Source: Dehalococcoidia bacterium (GTDB lineage Bacteria > Chloroflexota > Dehalococcoidia > Lucifugimonadales > UBA2985). Taken from it: DNA of 64,000 nucleotides. This document shows, one piece after another, positions 1 through 9,092 of the stretch; position 1 is the first letter of the stretch, and each line of letters starts with the position of its first letter. The notes under the pieces are model-generated. The model saw only the letters and a program-made list of their open reading frames with translations. It did not search any database and was not told where the DNA came from. The position numbers were made by a program, and so were the translations under genes. The stretch is taken from contig OZ244718.1 of NCBI GenBank assembly GCA_965218945.1, positions 865,139 to 929,138 on the forward strand, in the 5' to 3' direction.

Positions 1-874
1 GCACGTCCTGGAGATTGTGCCAACGGTTGAGGCCGGCCTCGGCAGGGCCGACCTGACTTGGAGCGACATCGACGCAATAGCCGTCACACACGGCCCGGGG
101 CTGGCTGGCGCACTCCTAGTGGGCGTGAACGCCGCAAAGGCCCTGGCTCTCGGGGCGGGACTGCCGCTGATAGGCGTCAACCACCTGGAGGGCCACATAT
201 ACGCCAACTGGCTGGAGGGCGCAGACCCGGAGAGCGAACCCGGCTTCCCTCTCCTCTGCCTCATAGCCTCCGGCGGGCACACAGACCTCATACTGATGGA
301 GGACCACGGGCGTTACAGCCTCCTGGGGCGCACCAGGGACGACGCCGCAGGCGAGGCCTTCGACAAGGCGGCGCGTATTCTTGGGCTGGGCTTCCCCGGC
401 GGCCCGGAGGTGCAGCGAGCCTCCCAGGGCGCAGCCGGCGAAGAGACGCTCCCTCGCGCCTGGCTGAGGGGGTCGCACGACTTCAGCTTCAGCGGCCTCA
501 AAACGGCCCTTCTGCACAAGGCCAGGGAGAAGGGATTGTACCCTCCGGTCGAGGACTCCGGCCCGGACCCTCATCTGGTAAGGGAGATGGCCGCCGCCTT
601 CCAACTGTCGGTGGCCGACGTCATGACCACCAAGACACTGAATGCGGCGCGGAAGCACAACGTCCGTGGGATTATGCTGGGCGGTGGCGTGGCCGCCAAC
701 TCCATGCTACGGTCTATGCTGAGGGAGAAGTCGCATCTGCCCCTGTTCATTCCGTCTCCCGCCCTCTGCACCGACAACGGCGCAATGATCGCGGCCTGCG
801 GCTACTTTCAGCAGGAGAGGGTAGGCGGCAACGGTTGGGACCTGGACGTGGAGCCGGGTCTGAAGCTGGGTTGA
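1..874 (+). CDS. tsaD: tRNA N6-adenosine threonylcarbamoyltransferase TsaD (Kae1/Gcp family), 5'-truncated by the window edge
   Basis: ORF 17..874 stays open to position 2 in the same frame. The translation carries TsaD hallmarks ([32 protein letters not shown]). Confidence 0.9.
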   Translation, partial: HVLEIVPTVEAGLGRADLTWSDIDAIAVTHGPGLAGALLVGVNAAKALALGAGLPLIGVNHLEGHIYANWLEGADPESEPGFPLLCLIASGGHTDLILMEDHGRYSLLGRTRDDAAGEAFDKAARILGLGFPGGPEVQRASQGAAGEETLPRAWLRGSHDFSFSGLKTALLHKAREKGLYPPVEDSGPDPHLVREMAAAFQLSVADVMTTKTLNAARKHNVRGIMLGGGVAANSMLRSMLREKSHLPLFIPSPALCTDNGAMIAACGYFQQERVGGNGWDLDVEPGLKLG

Positions 875-920
875 TACGGGCGCGTCAGGCTACGGCAGAA
901 CACTCGGGCGGCGAGGCAGT

Positions 921-1757
921 CTATCCCTCCCTGGTGTCACCGACGGTCTCGGCGGCCTCTGTAGGACTAACCTCGGGTGACGGAATTACATCCGTCTTCC
1001 TGGTGGTCTCGCCCGCTTTTGTATCATCTCCCGGCCGCCGCCCTGACACGGGAACGTCTCTCTCCATGAACCACGTCTCATACTCCTCTGCCTTCGCCCC
1101 GTCACTGAGGCGAAGCTGGGCTATGGGAGTGTTTCTGTCCATGAACCACGTCTCGTACCAGAGTCCCGGGCCCCACAGCTGCCTGAAGGGCTTGCCCGGT
1201 CTTTCGATGTACTCCCTGTCACCGTGGCTGTCTCTGCCAATGTCGGTGGTAGGGGAGTACATGGCCTTCAGCTGGAAGAACCTGTTCACCAGGTCGTAGG
1301 CCTGCTCCGCGCCTCGACCCCGGTAGGGTATGCTCAGCTCCTGCTGGGTCGTTCGGAAGAGGATTGACCCCTCCTGGGATACGGAGATGTACTGGTATAA
1401 GTGGTGCATCGCCCCCAGGCCCAGCAGTGCCCCTAGCGCCCAGGACAGGGGGTGCCACTCGACGGCGATCAGGGCGGCTCCCGCCCCGGCCAGTAGCAGC
1501 GCCATGCGAAAAAGTCGTTTCGCGCTCCTCGGTCGGTGGGTTACCTCTGCGCCGTGGATGTCACCCAGGGAGAGGAAGGTCACTGCCAGGCCTCTCTTTG
1601 CCCTGGAGAGCCGGATGACCCTGCGATCCGTTAGCAGCAGGGTGTTCTTCTCCTTTGCCGCATCCGCGCCCGGGCCAGCCTTCTCTCCGAAGGCCATGTC
1701 CATGCCCTCGCCGGCCATCATGGGGAGGTCCTGGGGCGCTGCGCTCATTGAGCCCAT
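921..1757 (-). CDS. Hypothetical membrane protein with bPH-like segments flanking a TM hairpin and a C-terminal YETWFM(D/E)R repeat
   Basis: ORF 921..1949 trimmed to the internal ATG (MGSMSAAPQ) that follows the stop of the upstream gene at 1769. Two hydrophobic helices (LLLAGAGAALIAV, ALGALLGLGAM). No family recognised with certainty. Confidence 0.5.
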   Translation of the reverse strand: MGSMSAAPQDLPMMAGEGMDMAFGEKAGPGADAAKEKNTLLLTDRRVIRLSRAKRGLAVTFLSLGDIHGAEVTHRPRSAKRLFRMALLLAGAGAALIAVEWHPLSWALGALLGLGAMHHLYQYISVSQEGSILFRTTQQELSIPYRGRGAEQAYDLVNRFFQLKAMYSPTTDIGRDSHGDREYIERPGKPFRQLWGPGLWYETWFMDRNTPIAQLRLSDGAKAEEYETWFMERDVPVSGRRPGDDTKAGETTRKTDVIPSPEVSPTEAAETVGDTREG

Positions 1758-1768
1758 CCCGTCGTCTG

Positions 1769-3175
1769 TCAAGAGGTCTCTCGCCCGTCTTGGCCGCTCA
1801 GCAACCCGTACAGGTGAATCAGCCCCTGCTGTTTGCCGGCGGAGTTTATCGCGCGCCGTCCTTCCCCGGAGAGGCCCAATAACCCCTTCATCTCCCGGGT
1901 GACCTCGTTCTCCTGGCCCGGCGGGAATCTGCGGTACAGCTCCAGGCACCGCCTTCCCAAGCCAAGGTCTCCAAGGAGATGCGACCTGGCGTAGAAAAAG
2001 GGCAGCAGTACGTTGATGATTATTTCCCTGGCCCGGCTTCTCCCTATGAGGGCAGGCGTCCTGGTCTTGGCGTTGTGAGTGTCTGACAGTTGAGGCACGG
2101 ACCCATTATCCACCACCACTAACGCCCTCTCCAAGTCCACGGCTCTCCTACTCTGAAGCGTGTCCCCCAGACCTTCCAGCAGCCCGCCGTCCCGGTGTCT
2201 CCGTATCAGGGCGGCGGCGCCCGCCAGCCGGCGGGCGGGTCTGTTGTGAGGCCTCAGCCCGGCGTTGCTCCAAGTGCCGCTTGGGACAACAACCGGCGAT
2301 CCGGCAGCCCGCCAGACGGCCTCCATCTCCACGGAGCGACTCTCCTGCTCTGTGGTGGGTTGAAGGCCCAGGCTGAGCTGGTGGTGAAGCAGCCCGGCCG
2401 CCCCCCGGAGGATAGCCTCTAGGGCCGCGGTGTCCATTCCCGGTCCGGCCAGTTCCCTTAGACGACGCAGGGGAAGCCCTCTGGCCAGCAACTCCATAGG
2501 GGCGCTGTTCTGGCTGTACCCCAGCGCTTCCATAACGCCCGTGTACAGTTCTTCCTGCGCGTCTCCGACCCGGAGACGCTTTGTAAAGGCGCAGGCCGCG
2601 CCCAGGAACCGCTTCTCCCCGGCTTCCTCCAGCGCCTGCTCCAGCTCCCGCAAGGGAAGGGCGCTCAGGCGCTCCAGAGGAGCGACGACGCCTGGTTGCG
2701 GCATGAGTTGCTTTGGCGGTTCTCCCGTCTGCGTCAGGCTGTTCCCCTGGTCTCCCAGCATCACCTCCTGGACCTGCGTTCCCGGCTCCGGGGGTCTGCC
2801 TCCGCCGTGTAGGAAGAGGTGGAGAACCACCCGGTCGTAGCGAGGGTCTCCACGATGGCCGTGGCCGTCCCAGTCCCGACGCCTCAGGTGCACCTCCGTA
2901 TCTCCACGGATAAGGTCTCCCTCCTCGGTGATCAGCAGAGTGTCCCGAAAGTCCGGGCCGGCGTGGGGCATGGGCCTCCCCGGGTAGAGCACCCTGAGGT
3001 AGCGCCCCTCCGTGGTTACCACCGTCTTGATGGCGCCGCTGCGCCACCACTCCGATACCTGGACCTCCCGGATGTCCCTGCTCTTTAGCTTGTTCGTGTT
3101 CCCCTCCCTGTACGCTTTGTGTCTCTCTGCACGATGACCCTGCCGCTCCCCTCCTGTACTGTCACCGCGCCGCAA
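1769..3175 (-). CDS. DUF2851 family protein
   Basis: The N-terminal region (VSEWWRSG..TTEGRYLRVLYPGRPMPHAGPDFRD..GDTEVHLRRRDWDGHGH) matches the DUF2851 pattern. Start placed at the first in-frame TTG after the upstream XRE gene stop; the start is tentative. Confidence 0.65.
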   Translation of the reverse strand: MRRGDSTGGERQGHRAERHKAYREGNTNKLKSRDIREVQVSEWWRSGAIKTVVTTEGRYLRVLYPGRPMPHAGPDFRDTLLITEEGDLIRGDTEVHLRRRDWDGHGHRGDPRYDRVVLHLFLHGGGRPPEPGTQVQEVMLGDQGNSLTQTGEPPKQLMPQPGVVAPLERLSALPLRELEQALEEAGEKRFLGAACAFTKRLRVGDAQEELYTGVMEALGYSQNSAPMELLARGLPLRRLRELAGPGMDTAALEAILRGAAGLLHHQLSLGLQPTTEQESRSVEMEAVWRAAGSPVVVPSGTWSNAGLRPHNRPARRLAGAAALIRRHRDGGLLEGLGDTLQSRRAVDLERALVVVDNGSVPQLSDTHNAKTRTPALIGRSRAREIIINVLLPFFYARSHLLGDLGLGRRCLELYRRFPPGQENEVTREMKGLLGLSGEGRRAINSAGKQQGLIHLYGLLSGQDGRETS

Positions 3176-3197
3176 GCCCCTGAGCGACTCGCCCCGC

Positions 3198-3470
3198 TCA
3201 ACCCGTTCCGGTCTCTTCCTCGCTCTTGACCGGCTCCCCGGAGTTGTCCGTCTCGTACCTGAACCCCGCTCCATCCGCTATGATGTTCAGCATGGTGCGG
3301 GAGACGCCCCGGGGCCGGTACATGCCCCTCTCCCACTCGCTGATGGTCTGCTGGCGGGTGCCCAGCTCCTCCGACATCTGCTGCTGGGTGAGGCCCATGT
3401 GGTCCCTCAGAGCCTTCACCTTCTCGGCGTCCCACTGGTGGTTCGGCGCCCGCCTTTTCCTGTACTCCAT
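3198..3470 (-). CDS. XRE-family helix-turn-helix transcriptional regulator (90 aa)
   Basis: HTH_3-like core LRDHMGLTQQQMSEELGTRQQTISEWERG. Confidence 0.75.
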   Translation of the reverse strand: MEYRKRRAPNHQWDAEKVKALRDHMGLTQQQMSEELGTRQQTISEWERGMYRPRGVSRTMLNIIADGAGFRYETDNSGEPVKSEEETGTG

Positions 3471-3607
3471 ACCGATATTCTACACGCATTCGTGTAAAGC
3501 GCAACACCCAGGCTCTCCAGAATGCGCCCCTGCGCCTCAAACCATCTCTGCTGAGAGCGTATACACCTTGCCCTCCAGACCTGCTAATATAGTGCCGGAG
3601 GAGCATT

Positions 3608-4438
3608 ATGACCAGTCGAGAACAGAGAATAGGCCTTCTGGGGTGCGGGGCCATAGGCCGCGGCTTGGCCCTCGCAGTTGACGAGGGAAGAGTCCCGGGC
3701 GCGGTCCTGGTGGCCCTATTCGACCAGGACGAGAGCGCTGCACGGAGCCTGGCCCAACGGCTGAAGGGCAGTCCCAAGCCTGCGTCATCCTTCGACGACC
3801 TCGCGGCCTCCGAGGACGTGGACATGGTGGTTGAGGCTGCCTCCCAGGATGCTGTGCGCCGGTACGGAGAGGCCGCTCTCTCTCACGGCAAGGACCTGCT
3901 CATTATGAGCACGGGAGCCCTTCTGGACGGCGGGCTGCTTTCGAGGCTCGCGGCTCTGGCCGATGAGAAGGACTGCCGGGTGTTCGCGCCCTCCGGGGCC
4001 GTGGGCGGCATCGACGCCATTCGGGCGGCGCGGGACGAGCTGGAGGAGGTGACCCTCACCACCCGCAAACCTCCCGGCACCCTGGTCGACGTAACGGCTA
4101 CATCCCAGACTCCGGCCGAGGCGGTCACGTCTGCCCAGGTGGTCTTCGAGGGAAACGCCCTGGAAGCGGTGAAGCGCTTCCCCTTCAACATCAATGTAGC
4201 ATCAGTGCTCAGCCTGGCCGGGATAGGGCCGGAGCGGACCAAGGTGCGGATCATCGCCGATCCGGAGGCCCAGGGCAATATCCACGAGATATACGCGCGG
4301 GGCAGGAGCGGGACCCTCCGATTCACAATGGAGAACGTGCCACACCCGGACAATCCCATGACCAGCCATCTGGCGCTGCTGTCCGCCATCGAGACCCTGC
4401 GCAGGGCCTGCCAGGGAGGGATCAAAATCGGGGCGTAA
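3608..4438 (+). CDS. nadX: L-aspartate dehydrogenase
   Basis: N-terminal Rossmann motif IGLLGCGAIG, a C-terminal GNIHEI..NP.TS segment and a length of about 270 aa, all typical of NadX. Confidence 0.8.
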   Translation: MTSREQRIGLLGCGAIGRGLALAVDEGRVPGAVLVALFDQDESAARSLAQRLKGSPKPASSFDDLAASEDVDMVVEAASQDAVRRYGEAALSHGKDLLIMSTGALLDGGLLSRLAALADEKDCRVFAPSGAVGGIDAIRAARDELEEVTLTTRKPPGTLVDVTATSQTPAEAVTSAQVVFEGNALEAVKRFPFNINVASVLSLAGIGPERTKVRIIADPEAQGNIHEIYARGRSGTLRFTMENVPHPDNPMTSHLALLSAIETLRRACQGGIKIGA

Positions 4439-4444
4439 AGTGGA

Positions 4445-4750
4445 ACGGGCAAGTCCGCCTCTTGGAAGCTTCCAAACGGACAAGACCTTCACATAAACTC
4501 CTCCGAAGCTCCGCTCCATGTAATGGGTATGAAAAGGGGCCATTTTCATACCCTGACTTGCCCCTTGTAAGGGCCGCGTCTTTGTTGCGGAAGAAGACCT
4601 TTGAATAGCCCTTAGCGTCATCCCGCAAGAATTGCCCTCACCGTCATTCCTGCGGAGCAGGAATCTAAGAACGCTATCTGCAAGACTGCGACGCCTTGGA
4701 AGAAGGGCTTTAGATTCCCGTCCCCGTATCGGAGTACGGGGCGGGTCATG
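4445..4750. repeat. REP-like hairpin-repeat cluster (left part, interrupted by an IS)
   Basis: Contains gtcattcctgcgg(a)gcaggaatc and cccgtatcggagtacgggg hairpins. About 150 bp (4586..4735) is near-identical to 15826..15975. Confidence 0.7.
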
Positions 4751-6367
4751 TTGTTGGTCTACGATTAGGTCCGTAGTTAACGGTTCAGCGAAAATGTCCA
4801 TCCATGAAGGATGTGACATTGAAACAGCGAGAACTAGCGAGACTCCAAGTGCTTAACGACATTCTGGAATACCAGGTCCCCACTCCACAGGCTGCCGAGA
4901 TTCTCGGGGTAAGCGAGCGCCATACGAGGCGACTTTTAAATGCTTACCGCAGGGATGGAGCAGCCGCCCTGGCCCATGGAAACCGAGGGCGGCCGCCGCA
5001 TAATGCCGTCTTGGAATCCGAGGCTGCCGCAGTGGTGCGGCTGGCCAGCACCAAGTACGCTGGAACCAATCACACCCACCTAGCCGAGCTGCTTCGGGAA
5101 CGGGAGGGCATAAACCTGAGCCGCCCCACCGTGCGTCGCATCTTGGTCAAGGCCGGTGTCGGTAGTCCGCGCAGCCGCCGTTCCCAGCAGCACAGGGTGC
5201 GCCGGCAGCGAATGCCCCAGGAGGGAATGCTGGTGCAGGTGGACGGCAGCCACCATCGCTGGCTTGGGGAGGATGGTCCCAGGTTTGCCCTGCTACTGAC
5301 CGTAGACGACGCCACCGGCACCGTGCCCGCCGCAGTATTCTGCCAGGAGGAGGACACTCCAAGCTACTTCCTGCTCGTGGACAGGCTGATCAGGAGACAT
5401 GGAGTGCCTCTCGCAATTTACAGCGACCGGCACCCGGTCTTCAAATTCACCGGCGATATAGACCGTTACCCGGCAGGCCCTACTCAGTTTGCACGGGCTA
5501 TGGAGGAGCTGGGGGTCCGGCAGATCTTCGCCAGATCACCCCAAGCCAAGGGCAGGGTGGAGCGTGCTGCCGCCACATTCCAGGACCGGCTGGTAACCGA
5601 GCTGCGGCTGGCTGGGGCCGCCACTATCACTGAGGCCGATGAACTCCTGAATGACTTCCTGCCACGATTCAACGAGAAGTTTGGCGTACAGGCCGAGCAG
5701 GGGCATCATGCCTATCGTCTCTTGGAGCAGTCAGTGTCCCTCGATCAGATCCTGTGCTTCAAACACCGCCGCAAGGTGTCCAGGGACAACACCATCAAGT
5801 ACAGCCGGCGCATCCTGCAACTGCTACCCAGCAAGACTCGTCCTACTTACGCCGGGGTGCAAGTGGAGGTCCAAGAAGACCTGGAGGGTCAGCTCCTAGT
5901 GCAATACCAAGGGCGGACCATCCCTACACAGGAGGCTCCGCCACGCCCCGGTCTGGTGAGAGCAGCCGCTGTCTCCCACATGGAAGGCTCAGGAGTGGGC
6001 CATAGCGCCAACAACGCGGAAGGCCAATGGGATGCTTGCTTGGCTAGATTGGAAACAGGAGAGGTGGACCGGGACCTGCGGCCTCGCAAATCCAAGGCGC
6101 AACAACACAGAATGCCCACAGCTCGCCAGAGGACTCTATGGGAGAATGTGCAGCAGGCCAGGCTCAGGGGACTGTCCCTTCGGGCTATCGCTCGTGAGTT
6201 GGGTATCCACTGGAACACCGCCCGCAAGTACGCCTTGGCCAAAAGCCCGCCACTGAGAAGCATAAGTGGCACAACTGGGACACCAAAATCTGGGGAGGCA
6301 GAATTCGCCTAATCGGACATTTTCGCAGACCAATTGGGCGGACATTGTCGCTGGACATCAACACAAG
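4751..6367 (+). mobile_element. Insertion sequence, ISNCY-like (rve-type DDE transposase); ends approximate
   Basis: Single transposase ORF. Imperfect terminal inverted repeats with a perfect 12-bp core, gcgaaaatgtcc (4788..4799) against ggacattttcgc (6314..6325). Boundaries inferred by comparison with the uninterrupted paralogous repeat cluster at 15826..16025. Confidence 0.7.
4804..6312 (+). CDS. Transposase with N-terminal HTH and integrase-core (rve, DDE) domain, ISNCY-like
   Basis: N-terminus LKQRELARLQVLNDILEYQVPTPQAAEILGVSERHTRRLLNAYRRDGAAALAHGNRGRPPHN and a catalytic core (VQVDGSHH.., YSDRHPVF, ..AKGRVER) typical of this transposase group. Confidence 0.85.
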   Translation: MKDVTLKQRELARLQVLNDILEYQVPTPQAAEILGVSERHTRRLLNAYRRDGAAALAHGNRGRPPHNAVLESEAAAVVRLASTKYAGTNHTHLAELLREREGINLSRPTVRRILVKAGVGSPRSRRSQQHRVRRQRMPQEGMLVQVDGSHHRWLGEDGPRFALLLTVDDATGTVPAAVFCQEEDTPSYFLLVDRLIRRHGVPLAIYSDRHPVFKFTGDIDRYPAGPTQFARAMEELGVRQIFARSPQAKGRVERAAATFQDRLVTELRLAGAATITEADELLNDFLPRFNEKFGVQAEQGHHAYRLLEQSVSLDQILCFKHRRKVSRDNTIKYSRRILQLLPSKTRPTYAGVQVEVQEDLEGQLLVQYQGRTIPTQEAPPRPGLVRAAAVSHMEGSGVGHSANNAEGQWDACLARLETGEVDRDLRPRKSKAQQHRMPTARQRTLWENVQQARLRGLSLRAIARELGIHWNTARKYALAKSPPLRSISGTTGTPKSGEAEFA

Positions 6368-6499
6368 CTTCACGGGAATGACGGAGAAGATAGCCTCTTC
6401 TAAGAGATACACCGGAGTTATGCAAAGGTCTCTTTTCACGGGAATGACGGAGAAAATAGCCTCTTCCAGGAGGTACACCGGAGTTATTCAAACGTCTCC
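6368..6499. repeat. Two tandem 66-bp REP-like units (right part of the IS-interrupted cluster)
   Basis: ttcacgggaatgacggagaa(g/a)atagcctcttc..acaccggagttat.caaa.gtctc occurs twice with a 66-bp period. A third copy lies at 15956..16025. Confidence 0.7.
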
Positions 6500-6820
6500 G
6501 AAATCATGTCCTCGCACTTGATGCGGGGACATGAATCTGGAGCATTTCATCCGGGGAAACACAGCCTTGCGGGTAGCGCTCTAAGATCCTCACTTAACCG
6601 TGCTTCCTGTAGGAATGGTCGCGGGCGCGCCTCTTTTGGGAAGTGCCGGAGTCACGCAGAAGCCTCAATTTGCCGGGAGCTTGTAGCCACCCTGTAGTGT
6701 GTTGTCTCCAAGGCGTCGGCTGTTCTTGTTCCAAGCGCCGCCTGATGCACAGATTGGGCGAGGCATAGCAGCGCTGGAGTCGCCGCCTTGCCAATGCACG
6801 TAATCGCTTTGTACTTTGCC

Positions 6821-6886
6821 TCACAATATACGTGATACGTATCACAAGCAGGTGATTCCTATGGAAAGAGTGTGATATATCGCACA
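6821..6886. promoter_or_regulatory. Array of CRP/FNR-type half-sites, including a perfect 14-bp palindrome GTGATACGTATCAC and TGTGATATATCGCACA
   Basis: TCACA 6821, GTGA 6832, TCACA 6842, GTGA 6852, TGTGA 6871 and GCACA 6882. Two of the pairings fit TGTGA-N6-TCACA. Confidence 0.4.
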
Positions 6887-6889
6887 AAA

Positions 6890-6918
6890 TTGACATAATG
6901 TAATTCCTGTTGTATTCT
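6890..6918 (+). promoter_or_regulatory. Candidate sigma70-type promoter (TTGACA, 17-bp spacer, TATTCT)
   Basis: Hexamers read directly at 6890..6895 and 6913..6918. They lie about 210 nt upstream of the next CDS. Confidence 0.3.
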
Positions 6919-7129
6919 CTCCTTGATAGGCATTCGGCCATTGTGGGGCGTATGGGCTTCACGTATCGGAGAGAGGCTCGGATTGCCGGGATTAGTCGAT
7001 GGGACGGGGAGAAGATGGAGGGGCTCCCAAGAAGCAGGCGGGGCTGGATTGAACTCCGCCGGGAGGGGCCATTGGATGACTACGAAATAGCGTAGGCCTT
7101 GGGAATAGCTTTACTGGGAGGGTCTTACT

Positions 7130-7636
7130 ATGTCCGTCGTTAAACTGATAGGAGAAACCAGTCTCTTTGCATCGTTGGATGAGTCCAGGCTGAAGAGGGT
7201 GGCCGACATGGCCAGGGTGCAGTTCGTTCCCGCCGGAGCCGACGTGTTCCGGGAGGGTGATGCGCTGAGCGAGTTGTACCTTTTGGAACGCGGGTCCGTT
7301 AAGCTCACTATGGGCGTCAGGTTGTGGAGTGGAGACGCCACGCTGCGCTCCATAGTCTCCGTAATCGACCCCTACGGCACCTTTGGATGGTCTTCGTTGA
7401 TAGATCCCTACAGGGCTACTCTAAGCGCGGAGACCACAAGGGAATGCACAATGGTCAACATAGACGCCGCGGCGCTAAGAGAAGAGATGGACAGGGACTG
7501 CGAGTTCGGCTACTCAGTGATGACCGCGTTGTCCGGCCTCATAAGCGAAAGGCTTCGCCGCATACAGGGGACTTGGGCGTCCGCGAGGGCTGCGGACCTG
7601 TACACGGCGCCCCTCAAGCAGACCGTGTACAGCTAG
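7130..7636 (+). CDS. Cyclic-nucleotide-binding domain protein (no HTH domain, 168 aa)
   Basis: cNMP-binding pattern LFASLDESRLKRVADMARVQFVPAGADVFREGDALSELYLLERGSVKL. Too short to hold the Crp C-terminal HTH. Confidence 0.75.
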   Translation: MSVVKLIGETSLFASLDESRLKRVADMARVQFVPAGADVFREGDALSELYLLERGSVKLTMGVRLWSGDATLRSIVSVIDPYGTFGWSSLIDPYRATLSAETTRECTMVNIDAAALREEMDRDCEFGYSVMTALSGLISERLRRIQGTWASARAADLYTAPLKQTVYS

Positions 7637-7764
7637 TCCCGACCACCTGCGGCCTCCGCGTCGATGGAAATAGTTCCTCTCAAGGGATTCTCCGTTGCAG
7701 ATAGGCGCGGAGGCCGCAGGGTCAAATGGGGCCGTAGATTGGCCTGCCAGGTCCGTCCAGGGTT

Positions 7765-8112
7765 TTACCCGGTCACCATCCCCATGATGTTACCCTCCGG
7801 GTCGGTGAACATGGCCAGTGTGGCCGTGTCCGGGATCACTGTGGGGGGCAGAATAGTCTTGCCTCCCATGCCCTCCGCTTTGTCCAGGTACGCTTGGAGG
7901 TCGTCCACCTGCACGTACACCGTGACGCGCGTGGCCGATTCCTGCTCCTGTGCTATGCCTCCGTTTATTCCGTCCTCCGTCTGGGTGTCCACCAGGCCGT
8001 AATTCATCGGGTTGTTGGAGTCCACGTTCCACCCGAACAGGTCTGCGTAGAATTGTTGGAGCTTGGGGGCGTCCTTTCCTGTGATCTCCCAGTGTATAAC
8101 GGGATTGGGCAT
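7765..8112 (-). CDS. VOC (glyoxalase/bleomycin-resistance fold) family protein
   Basis: 115 aa. IHWEI..FYADLFGW near the N-terminus and ..FTDPEGNIMGM near the C-terminus are typical of this family. Confidence 0.8.
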   Translation of the reverse strand: MPNPVIHWEITGKDAPKLQQFYADLFGWNVDSNNPMNYGLVDTQTEDGINGGIAQEQESATRVTVYVQVDDLQAYLDKAEGMGGKTILPPTVIPDTATLAMFTDPEGNIMGMVTG

Positions 8113-8234
8113 ATCGAGTCTCCTTCCCTTAATTTTGCTGCGGATGCATTATGGCGCTGGGCCTCCTGGATTGAAACCCCTCTATGGGGGAGACCTTTTC
8201 GTAAGTCCAAGTGACTACTGTAAGAGGCGCGCAG

Positions 8235-8596
8235 CTGTCATTCTGAGGAGTGGAGCGACGAAGAATCCCAAACAAGCCATGTCTGCTGCGTTTATCCTGT
8301 CAAAAGAGTCTCACAGGCTATGCATAGAATTGGAGAGTCCCCGGGTGGGTAGACCTGAGTGTCGGCCGGTCGGAGGCCCTGGATTCTTCACTGCGTTCAG
8401 AATGACAAATCGGCTGTCATTCTGAGGAGTGGAGCGACGAAGAATCCCAAGCCATTGTGCGAATACTACGTATTCATACTGACCAACGAGACTCACAGGC
8501 TGTACATGGAATCGGAGAGTCCCGGGTGAGTAGACCTGAGCGCCGGCCGGCCGGAGGCTCTGGATTCTTCACGTAGTTTACCCTGAGAGTGCCGAA
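8235..8596. repeat. Two tandem MITE-like elements (about 179-bp period) with terminal inverted repeats tgtcattctga/tcagaa(t/c)gaca
   Basis: Unit 1 starts at 8235 and unit 2 at 8414. Each unit also carries the internal inverted pair gaagaatcc/ggattcttc, so each can fold into a long hairpin. Confidence 0.75.
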
Positions 8597-8648
8597 GGGT
8601 TCAGAACGACAAAGAGGAGCGGCCTTTCACAACCCGCCTTGTTCCACT

Positions 8649-9092
8649 CTACCCCGTCGGCCCGGCTATGCGGAACACCGTGTGCCGGGACGCCTCCAGG
8701 ATGAAGTCTTCAATGGGCGAGTCGGGGGTTGCGTTGAAAAAACGGCGGGTTATTGGCTCCTCCCAGACGTACCGCTTGAGCACACTGGCGCTCTTTACCG
8801 GGTCAAGCTCCTCCTCAACGGCGACGGTCTCCGTGCGGCGTCCCCTGGTCAGCGAGACCTCCCCGGCGGCCCGGGCGTTCTTCACCCACTGCCGCTCTCC
8901 GTAGGGGCACACCAGCCACCGCTGCCCCTGAAGATCCATCACGGAGACGGGCGTGGTCTGCATTCTCCCGCTCCTGCGCCCTCTGACCGTGAGCAGGTGG
9001 TACTTTCGAGGCGGCAATCCGAGCCTCACGTAGACCGTCACCATGCGGTTCAGAATTCGTCTGAGAAGGGTTATTCTGTATACTCTCGCCAT
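8649..9092 (-). CDS. Nitroreductase-family deazaflavin (F420)-dependent oxidoreductase-like protein (DUF385)
   Basis: LLTVRGRRSGRMQTTPVSV..WVKNARAAGEVSLTRG pattern. Confidence 0.65.
   Translation of the reverse strand: MARVYRITLLRRILNRMVTVYVRLGLPPRKYHLLTVRGRRSGRMQTTPVSVMDLQGQRWLVCPYGERQWVKNARAAGEVSLTRGRRTETVAVEEELDPVKSASVLKRYVWEEPITRRFFNATPDSPIEDFILEASRHTVFRIAGPTG

Noticed and set aside
58-1299. Long ORFs overlapping or antisense to real genes (for example 58..1299+, 16258..17517-, 43157..44056+, 48910..49956+, 51764..53179-, 58581..60104+, 60194..61141-)
   Set aside because: Their translations are Arg/Pro/Gly/Ala-rich low-complexity strings with no recognisable motifs. Each lies in an alternative frame of a gene with a clear family signature. 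This is the expected shadow-ORF artefact in GC-rich DNA.
6368-6499. 66-bp tandem repeat considered as a mini CRISPR array
   Set aside because: There are only two units and no spacers. The same unit occurs as part of the dispersed REP clusters, and no cas genes are present in the window.
6506-7095. ORFs 6506..6697+, 6594..6962- and 6910..7095+ in the gap between the IS and the cNMP-binding gene
   Set aside because: None has an RBS or family motifs, their composition is atypical (Arg-rich) and they overlap one another. The region is better explained as promoter, operator and leader. A decayed gene fragment cannot be excluded.
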